64,000 bases of DNA from Squalus acanthias (taxonomy: Eukaryota). Where the stretch lies: assembly GCA_030390025.1 (NCBI GenBank), contig CM059425.1:165604001-165668000 (forward strand), in the 5' to 3' direction. The position numbers and the translations under genes are program-made. The notes under the pieces are model-generated. The model was not told where the DNA came from. It made no database searches and saw only the letters and a program-made list of their open reading frames with translations. Below are positions 13,166 to 21,497 of this stretch, piece by piece (position 1 is the stretch's first letter; each line of letters starts with the position of its first letter).

Positions 13166-16100
13166 TGAACATAGCTGTGGAACAGAGGCAGGCAGTCGGG
13201 CCAAATGACCCCCTTGACCGCCCGCTGCCTGGACCTGTTAATGGCCACCTTAGCCAGGCCCAGGAGCAGTCCCACGAGGAGGTCCTCCGATCTGCTCATT
13301 CCCCTCTGCACCGGGTGCCCAAGGAGCAGGAGCGTGGGACTGAAGTGCAACCAGAAATTGAGGAGCAGTCCCTTCAAAAATTGGAAGTGGGGCTGCAACC
13401 TCACACACTCTGTATAGACATGGAACATGGACTCCTTCAGGCCGCAGAAATTGCAGGCAGCCTGGGAGTCCGTGAACCTACTTAAAAATTTGTTGCACGG
13501 GACTGCTCCATGCAACACCCCCCATGCCAAGTCCACAATAGAAAAGGGGAGGACCCCACGCAGAGAGCCCTCCACTGGGGACCCTCGCGTCCTGAGGGAG
13601 GTTTCGGGTTCTGGCGCCGATGAGAAATTCCGTCCGAACAGGTGTCAGTTCAGACGCGACCGCGCCACATGCTTGAGCCTCCTCGACACACCTAGTGGAG
13701 TCAGGGCCGAGTGTCTCGATGGTTTTGGCTGCAAACCAGATGCTGTGCCAGGACAAGCGCTGTGCCAGCTCCTCTGGCGACATCCAGCCCACTCCTCTAC
13801 CATCCAGTATGTCCCTAAATCTGGTCATCTTGCCAGCCAGGGCCTTCCCTTTCATCAGCCACCTGAAACCACGGTCGTGGAGGTGCGTATTCCTGAGCAG
13901 CGACTCCTGGAGCATAGCCGCCACTCCTGACGGGGGAGAACTCCGGCTGGAGGCGACCATGTTCCAGATACTGATCAGTTCCTGGTAAAAGACAGGCAGC
14001 TCCTGCAAGGAGGCACGGCTACACCCCAGTTTTATAAACAGGAGCTGTATGTTGTAATTGAGGCCGTGCAGCTGGCGGAAAAAATACATCGCCAGCACCC
14101 ACCATCTGGGAGGATCCTCAATGTACAGGTATCTCTGCAGGGTCTGAAGAAGGAAAGTCACAACCTGGGTATGAAGGCACACCAGTACCTGATCGCCCCC
14201 CTCCTAAGCGGGAGACTGAGAACCGCGGCAGAGACCCAATGCTTCCTTTTGTCCCAGAATAAGTCAACAAGCTTCTTCTGTATCTTGGCAACAAACTAGA
14301 GGGAGGGACTCACCAGTCCAAAACATTTCTCCCAGTTGATCCTCGCAGAAGTCGCAGCAGCATAGACCTGCTTGCACTCGTGCTTCCTCCGCAAGTCAAC
14401 AGAATTCGTGACCATGAGAAGCACATCTTCGGCGTAAGCCGAGCGGACAACCTCCATGCCCAGCCCTTGCAGAGCCAGTCCCATCAACCTCTTCCGCAAG
14501 AGGCACAGGAAAGGCTCCACGCCGATGGTATATAACTGGCCGGACATGGTGCATCCCTGACACAACCCTCTCCTGAAGCAAAGGGGCACTGTCAAAGACC
14601 CGTTAACCTTAATCACTCTGTGGCTGCGTACAGAAGTCAGATCTGGGTGACAAAATGCTTACCGAACCCGAATGCGCACAGAGTCCCGAAGAGGTACTCA
14701 TGATCCACCCTGTCGAATGCCTTCTCCTGATCCAGGGAAAGGAAGGCAACTGACAGACCAGACCTCTGGGAATGGTGGACCAGGTTCCAGACCAGATGAA
14801 TGTTGTCGTGAATGGTCCGGCCCGGGACCATGTAGGACTGGTTGGGGTGGATCATGTGGGCCAGCATGGTGCAAAGATCTTGTAGTCCGTGACGAAGAGG
14901 GAGACCGGGCGCCAGTTCTTAAGTAGGCGGAGATCATCCCTCTTGGGCAGCAGGACGATAACTGCCCTGCACCAAGAGAGGGGCATCTCCCTGGTCGCCA
15001 GATTTTCCCCAGGACCTGCACAGTCGCCACCCGCCCCCCCCCCCCCCCCCGCCACCAAGAGGTCCCAGAACACCCTATGGAACTCCATGGTCAGGCCGTC
15101 CAGCCCCGGGGACTTGCCCCTCGAGAGCTAGCCGAGGGCAACGGTCAGCTCCGCCAGGCTTAGTGGAGTATCAAGCTGTTCGGCGCCATCCAGGCTGACC
15201 GTCGGCAAGTCCTCCCACAAAAATCAGAGCATCCTCGCTGGACGGAACCGGAGAGAACAGAGCCCTGTAATAGGCACGGGCCTCAGCACTGATGCCCTCC
15301 GGATCTGAGACCCGGGATCCGTCGTCGGCCAGCTGCCCCAAGAGCTGTTTACGGACCCCCTGCTTTTTTTCCAGTGAGTAGAAGAAGGGAAAGCCGCGGT
15401 CCAGGTCCTGGAGGAACTGGGTCTGCGACCTCACGTACGTGTCTCGGGACCCAACGAGCTGCAGCTCCTTCAGCGCGCCCTTCTTCATTTCATACACCTT
15501 CTGCAGATCCGGGTCTTCGACAACTTGACCGAGGCAGGGCTCCAGGTCGAGCACCTCCTTCTCCAACCATCCGACCCAGGCCTTCCGTCTCTCAGTCGAC
15601 CCCCGACAGAAAAGAGACGGAAGTGAGCTTTGCCCACATTCCACCATAGCCGCAAGGAGGGGAAGCCCCCTCCGCTTCCTTCTCTAGTCGGCCCAGAATC
15701 GACAGAACAAATCCCGGAACTGCTCGTCCTCTAGCAGCAGCTTGTTAAAATGCCAGTAGCCAGAAGCCGCCAGAACGTGGGAGACGTGCGCCCGGGAAAA
15801 GTAAAGGCGGTCATTTCTGGACCTTCCTCCTCCAGACCTCACGTGAGTGAAGGCGTTGGGGTCGGGATGTAGATTTTGCCAGATGTCCACCAAGTCAAAG
15901 AACCCGACCAGATCCCTCAACTACCCCATCACCACCATGCTACGCGGGACACCAGATCGTCCCTCGCCTTGAGGGTGCTGTTGAAATCCGCCCCCCCCCC
16001 CGATCATAATGCACTCGCTGGCGTCGATGGAGCCTAAAAGATCAGACACTTCTTCAAAGAAATGCACTTGCTGCGGTCTGGGGAGCGTAAACATTCACTA

Positions 16101-16204
16101 GGTGGAGCGGCACGTTCCCCCAGGCGAACAGTGAGATGGAGCAAGCGGCCTGGTACTGGCTCCTTGACCCCCAAGAACTCCGGCTGAAAATGTGGGGCCA
16201 GCAA
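13165..16204 (-). mobile_element. Tx1-clade (L1 group) retrotransposon ORF2, decayed; 3' part of the split element
   Basis: LKNWRPVSL, LSLDQEKAFDRVDH, QGCxMSG, SAYAEDV, and C-terminal CNFCG...ESMFHVYTEC. Confidence 0.85.
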
Positions 16205-17110
16205 ACATAAGAACATAAGACGTAGGAGCAGGAGTAGGCCATTTGAACCCTCGAGCCTGCTCCGCCATTCAATAAGATCATGGCTGATCTGATTTTGGCC
16301 TCAACTCCACTTCCTTGCCCGCTCTCCATAACCCTTGACTCCCTTATTGTTCAAAAATCTGTCTATCTCCACCTTAATTATATTCAATGACCCAGCCTCC
16401 ACAGCTCTCTGGGGTAGAGAATTCCAAAGATTCAGAGAAGAAATTCCTCCTCATCTCCGTTTTAAATGGACGACCCCTTATTCTGAAACTATGCCCCCTA
16501 GTTCTAGATTCCCCCACGAGGGGAAACATCCTCTCTGCATCTACCCTGTGTAGAATTCGCAATTATCGCGATTTGATTAATAAGGAGAAAACACAAAGTT
16601 TCGTTCAAACAGCTTTTTATTTCAGCAGAATGCTGTCAGGTTTAAATTGGACACAAGCAGCCTGTAAAATGGCCGCCGCACCTCGTGACAGAACATTCTA
16701 GACTTTTCAGCAGGCAGACAAGATGGCGTTCCATTAAACATTTTTGCAAGATCGATAACGATTCAGCACAGGGAAGATAATACACGAGACATTATGGGTT
16801 TACAGTATAAACATCGATACTGGAATCGGTCTCCCAGGTACAAAGGAAAGCCATCAAGGGCCCATCCAAAGGACATTAATATGTAAACTCCCAACGGCTC
16901 TACGATGAGAGAGCCGTTAGCAGGTAGTTATACAGGACACTTGGAAGCCCCAAACCCCTCCAGGGGGAACACCGACCGATTTAACAATGGGAGAAGTATT
17001 AGCAGGTACTCAAACATTCATGAGTAGCCCCGAAACCCATTAAGGACGGAGATCACCCACACAAGACATTTGGGCGCCAAACCCTAAACAAAAGAATGGA
17101 CATTATAGTT

Positions 17111-17142
17111 GGGCGGGAAACGGAAGATTTTTGCACTATAAT
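17111..17142 (+). promoter_or_regulatory. Candidate LTR core promoter (GC box, ETS-like CGGAAG, TATAAT)
   Basis: GGGCGG 17111, CGGAAG 17121, TATAAT 17137, followed ~25 nt later by a pyrimidine-rich tract. Confidence 0.45.
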
Positions 17143-17968
17143 TGCAGGCCCCAAACCGTCCATTCGCTCTCTTGCCTCGTGTTCTTGACTCTTGCTGCTT
17201 GCCTCTTGTTCGTGCTCCTGCGTTCGTTCGATTGCTCCTGTGTTTTATCCGGTCGATTCGTAACCTCGTGGCTGCTCCTGTGTAAAAGACTGTTGAACTT
17301 TCTGATCCGTTCGGATCTACCTCGTGTCGCGTAAAGAAGACCTATGTTGGTAACTGGCAGCGGAACCAAAGGCCCGAGATGAGATGAGATGAGATGAGAT
17401 GAGAGGAGAAGAGAAGAAGACCTTATCCATCGCCACGGTCAGTAAATCCCGACCGCGCCTGTAGGTCGATCAGCCAAGTCTTCTCGACAGGAAGTTTTCT
17501 TCTTTAACAAGACATATTGCATCAATGATAACTGGACTGTGTAAACACATCGTATCGGTGATATTGACAACGGTGTTCCACGATTATACTTTGAAGCCAA
17601 CCAACAGAGGTCTTCACTACAGCGGACGGTCCAGCCGACTGACCGAGCAGCAGAAGCAGTAAACAAGTGGGACCAGGAGATCTCCTGACCAACACGTGGG
17701 TGCTGCGGTGAAAAACATCCGATCAGCTATTCGGGATTTCTCCGAGTTATTACGAGTGGTGAGCATGAGTCTCGAGATCCTACGAAGCTAGTTTAGGATA
17801 GGTATTGATAGGGGAGGGTGTAAAGATTAAGGATATTTGTAATGTGTGCCCTATTCACGTTGTGCCGTTCGTTCCTCGTTTCCCTAAGAGTGATTATAAC
17901 CGTTTGTAAGATTGTACTGTCATTAATCTGTGCGTATGACATGTATTTCATAATTTTAAGTATCATGC

Positions 17969-17974
17969 AATAAA
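17969..17974 (+). promoter_or_regulatory. Candidate LTR polyadenylation signal (3' LTR copy at 25686-25691)
   Basis: AATAAA about 240 nt before the LTR end. Confidence 0.6.
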
Positions 17975-18220
17975 GATTTTCCATTTCGTACCATTCAAAC
18001 CAAGTCTACATGAGTTTTATCTCCATTACTGCTCTCGCATCTAAGTCCAGTGTCTAGAACCGTAAGGGAGAGTGATTCGAACCACTCACAGGGGTGTCTA
18101 GTGTTCCCAGACTGGCTGGAGACCAGGCCTAGACCCGCACTGACATACAGGCTGCACAGAGCCGCGTGAATCTCACAGGCTACGAGACACGCAGGGTCAG
18201 GAGAGAATCCCTTACAGAAA

Positions 18221-20032
18221 ATGGCGACCGCGGCAGGACACTGGCAGCGAGAGGGTAGTGTGTTAGATTATGGAATGACTGTACGAAATGTGATGCAGGA
18301 AAAGATAGCGGATTACGTATTTGGAAAGGTTAATCTAACTAAAAAGTGGATAAGCGAATTGTTAGCGGATAAGAGCCCACTAGAGGCAGCTGAAAGGTGG
18401 ACTGATAGTAAGGAGCATAAAAAGGCAGTTGAGAAAGCAGTCTGGCTTATGTGCTACAAAAGGCAGGTTCGGATTTCAAACCAGACCAATACAGCGCTAA
18501 CAGCTCGAATCAAGCAGTTAGAGGAGGAAATGGAGGAGAAGGTTTCTGGAGGGGAGGCGCTCATTAAGAGTTTAAATGAGTTACGCCAGGAAAGCCAGGA
18601 AGTCTCCAGTTACCTTAAAACAAGGGTAGAGTATCTCGAGTGCCAGATCACTGAAGCAAAATTGAACGAGAGTAGGATGAAGGAAAGATGTAACCGTCAA
18701 GCTGCCCAGATAAGAACTCAAGAAGAGAGCTTAATGGGGGTTAGGTCGGCGTATAAGTTGGCCCTTGAGGATAAGTTTCAGGGAGCCGACCATAGCGCCT
18801 GCCAAAAAGAGATAGAGAGCCTCAAAAAGGCCGTGAATAATGCGAACGGCATGGTGTGCCTTATTAATCCGTCGGCACGCCAGCCGCTAGTAAGTGAGAG
18901 ATTTAGAAATTCCCCACCAAGTAAAGCAGAAGAAGTAGTAGCCACTACGCCCTCCGCGCCACCCAGCTATTCAGAAACCTGGGTTAGGGAGGAAGCAACA
19001 GAAGAAACAAAAGAGCCCATTGAAAAGGAAGTAGAAAAGGGATCGTTGTATCCAGTAACGGGTATTAAAAGGGGCCCAAGCAGAAACGGTGGGGAAGAAC
19101 CGGGGGATCTCCTCGGACAGCTGGTGTTGCCTCACAGTTCACATCAGCTGAGGGCCATGATAAACCACGTAAGGAAGCTGACCGAGATAGACGACCCTTC
19201 CGTACATTTCAGGGAAGTTGAGCAAGCCGCAGCCATCAACGGCTGCGATGATGGGGAGACAGCAAAAATGCTGCTGTTCTCGTTAGATAGCTCGGTCCTT
19301 CAGTGTCTCTCAGGCGATAGCAAGAGGGGAAATAAAAGTTATGAGGAATTGAAAAATGAGGTCCTAGAAGTAGTGGGAGCGAACGACGGAGGTCCGTTTG
19401 CTAGAGTAGGACAGACAGTGCAGATGGAGGGAGAACCCCCGAAGGTTTTTGCCGACAGGCTGTGGCCAGTATATGAGCGCAGCTGTCTAGGTGCGCCCGA
19501 GCGCGAAGATGTGGAAGGCGCCGCTTTAATTCATTGGCTTAGGTGCATAATAGCCAACAGTTTACCAGCCGTTAGAGAGCAGGCAAAAGCCTGGTTCGAT
19601 CCCAATGACCTCAACCTTACGGAAGAGTCGGTCTTGAATCGACTCACGTTAGGTTACCGTAACATAAGGGGTATGACGACACGTCCCTTTAAGGGAAGAG
19701 TACATGAGGTACGACCCGCAGCCCCGGCTCAGAGAGAGTGGCATCAGGAGGGTAATCGCGCCCCACAGGCAAGTAATGCCTGTTACGGGTGTGGGAAGAC
19801 AGGGCACTGGCGCAAGCACTGCAGGAACCCTTGGAAGGATTCCAAGGATAAAAATCCCGCGGTCCGAGCCCAGGCGCCTGTCCCGGCTAAGGAAGCCAAG
19901 GCACCCACCCCTCCCGACGACCTCGAAGCAGTGTTAGGAGCCATGCGCAAGCTGGTTTTGAATGCGCGTGGACAGGTGGCGGTCGCAACCGGCCCCGTAG
20001 GTGCCGCAGGACTGTCTAATAGTACCCAATGA
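18221..20032 (+). CDS. gag: Gag-like polyprotein, 603 aa
   Basis: N-terminal coiled coil; PSAPPSY (18950-18970); MHR-like QMEGEPPKVFADRL (19421-19462); CX2CX4HX4C knuckle (19781-19822). Confidence 0.9.
   Translation: MATAAGHWQREGSVLDYGMTVRNVMQEKIADYVFGKVNLTKKWISELLADKSPLEAAERWTDSKEHKKAVEKAVWLMCYKRQVRISNQTNTALTARIKQLEEEMEEKVSGGEALIKSLNELRQESQEVSSYLKTRVEYLECQITEAKLNESRMKERCNRQAAQIRTQEESLMGVRSAYKLALEDKFQGADHSACQKEIESLKKAVNNANGMVCLINPSARQPLVSERFRNSPPSKAEEVVATTPSAPPSYSETWVREEATEETKEPIEKEVEKGSLYPVTGIKRGPSRNGGEEPGDLLGQLVLPHSSHQLRAMINHVRKLTEIDDPSVHFREVEQAAAINGCDDGETAKMLLFSLDSSVLQCLSGDSKRGNKSYEELKNEVLEVVGANDGGPFARVGQTVQMEGEPPKVFADRLWPVYERSCLGAPEREDVEGAALIHWLRCIIANSLPAVREQAKAWFDPNDLNLTEESVLNRLTLGYRNIRGMTTRPFKGRVHEVRPAAPAQREWHQEGNRAPQASNACYGCGKTGHWRKHCRNPWKDSKDKNPAVRAQAPVPAKEAKAPTPPDDLEAVLGAMRKLVLNARGQVAVATGPVGAAGLSNSTQ
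18222..18239 (+). promoter_or_regulatory. Primer-binding site, tRNA-Arg(TCG)-type
   Basis: TGGCGACCGCGGCAGGAC is complementary to ...GUCCUGCCGCGGUCG-CCA, recalled as a vertebrate tRNA-Arg 3' end; lies 5 nt after the LTR. Confidence 0.85.
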
Positions 20033-21214
20033 CTAGAGCCCACGCAGCCTGCCTACCCGTGTCCTTTTAAAAGACACGCACAGGAGGGGGTCTGCGGTGA
20101 GGAGGCCAGGTTAAAAGAGCAGGCCTTGCGGGAGGAGAACGCCCGCTTAATAGGGAAAATAGATGGGCTGGAAGGGCAGCTTAGAGAGCAGACCCTGCGG
20201 GAGGAGAATGCCCGAGAAATGGGAAAGTTAGACGTGCTCAGGCTAGAAGGGCAGCTTAGAGAGATAAAAGCAGCCTACAGGGTAGCCAGGAGCAGGGAGT
20301 ATGAGGATTTAAAACAGGATAGAAATCTGCAGCCTCCAGCAGGTGAGATTTCACAGAAACAAGCAGGGGCGGTGGCCTGTCTTAAGGGAGGGGCCAGTCC
20401 CGCCAATGGGAAAACACAGCCCCAGGTAGGACCACAAGGCACACAGGCAGGCGTAGCAGCTTGCATCAGGGGAAGGGACATCCCGGACGATCATGCAGCG
20501 TTTTTCTGGAGTTGGGGGTTAGATGACGAAGAACCCAGGGTTCCCTGGTCAGATGAGGATAGTGCAGATGAGCATAGTGATGATGACGGGTGGTTCCTGA
20601 GGAACGGTCTGGGAGGATTGGGGCCGATAGGTAGAGATCCACACGGGGTGGACACACAAGCTGCAGGTCCCGACAACAGGAGGAAGGAGCTAGAGGAGGC
20701 AGGGCCAGCCGCTATAGGAGCACAGAGAGTACCAATGTGGTTCCCAGAGGTGTGGCCGCCCGCTTTGAACGTCCAGTCCTCAGGGGAGGCAGAGATCACG
20801 AGTGAAGGGCCGCCTGCTGGGCCGAGCAGGGCGGGGCCACGAACTGCCAGCCCCGAGGTTAGGGAGGCGGAGTCAGCGGAGGCGGAGCTGGCGACTGTGA
20901 TGGAACCCCAGGTCATCCCGTTGGAGGTCTCGGAACCCGGTCCGTCCGTCACGGAGCCCCCGCCCATAGCAACTCCCCGTAGGTCAAGCAGAGAACCCCA
21001 GCCCAGGAGGATGTGGTCATGTCCCCAGACTGCCCCAAGGCGTAAGTTTCAGGTTAAGATAACCCGGGTAGAGACAGGCCACATCGAAGCAGTAACAGGC
21101 TGCGGCAGATCAGAGGAAAGGGTCAGCGCAGCAACAGGCTGCGGCAGATCAGAGGGAAGGGTCAGTGCCCTCCCACCGTCGGGAAGAGCTCGCAGCAGCC
21201 TTCTCAGAATTTAA
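20033..21214 (+). CDS. ORF2: in-frame read-through extension of gag, unknown function (not Pol)
   Basis: Open from the codon after the gag TGA to TAA 21212-21214 in the same frame; coiled coil, then acidic and Pro-rich regions; no DTG/DSG, YxDD or HHCC/DDE motifs seen. Confidence 0.7.
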   Translation, partial: LEPTQPAYPCPFKRHAQEGVCGEEARLKEQALREENARLIGKIDGLEGQLREQTLREENAREMGKLDVLRLEGQLREIKAAYRVARSREYEDLKQDRNLQPPAGEISQKQAGAVACLKGGASPANGKTQPQVGPQGTQAGVAACIRGRDIPDDHAAFFWSWGLDDEEPRVPWSDEDSADEHSDDDGWFLRNGLGGLGPIGRDPHGVDTQAAGPDNRRKELEEAGPAAIGAQRVPMWFPEVWPPALNVQSSGEAEITSEGPPAGPSRAGPRTASPEVREAESAEAELATVMEPQVIPLEVSEPGPSVTEPPPIATPRRSSREPQPRRMWSCPQTAPRRKFQVKITRVETGHIEAVTGCGRSEERVSAATGCGRSEGRVSALPPSGRARSSLLRI

Positions 21215-21460
21215 AGGGGCCGCCCTGAGAACGGGCGGCACTGTAAAGTTATTAGTTTAAGGTTTTAAGTTTTAGTTTAAGGTTTTAAGTAGTTTTAATA
21301 AGGCTAAGTTTGTAGTGTTTTAACAGATAACGATAAAATGATGGGAGTTTTAAGGCTAGGTTTAGAGGAAGTCTATTTAGCAAACGTTGAAGTTTACGTG
21401 AGGCGAGGTCAGGGGACCCGCTCACCCTTCACAAAAGCCAGAGACTTTTTGCGAGGCTGG

Positions 21461-21484
21461 CTACCTCATTCTATCTGATCACAG
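21461..21484 (+). promoter_or_regulatory. Candidate env splice acceptor
   Basis: ctacctcattctatctgatcacAG, 13 nt before the env ATG. Confidence 0.5.
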
Positions 21485-21497
21485 GAACCAAGGAAGG

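Larger units (their letters stand above)
16549..18216 (+). repeat. 5' LTR (1668 bp)
   Basis: TGTAGAATTC...CCCTTACA; direct repeat of 24271-25933. Confidence 0.97.

Noticed and set aside
16387..17984. Short ORFs within or entering the LTRs (duplicated at 24115-25701)
   Set aside because: No motifs; they recur only because the LTR is duplicated.
21210..21216. TTTAAAG slippery heptamer before a hairpin
   Set aside because: It is not phased with ORF2 codons (ATT TAA), and no long ORF follows.
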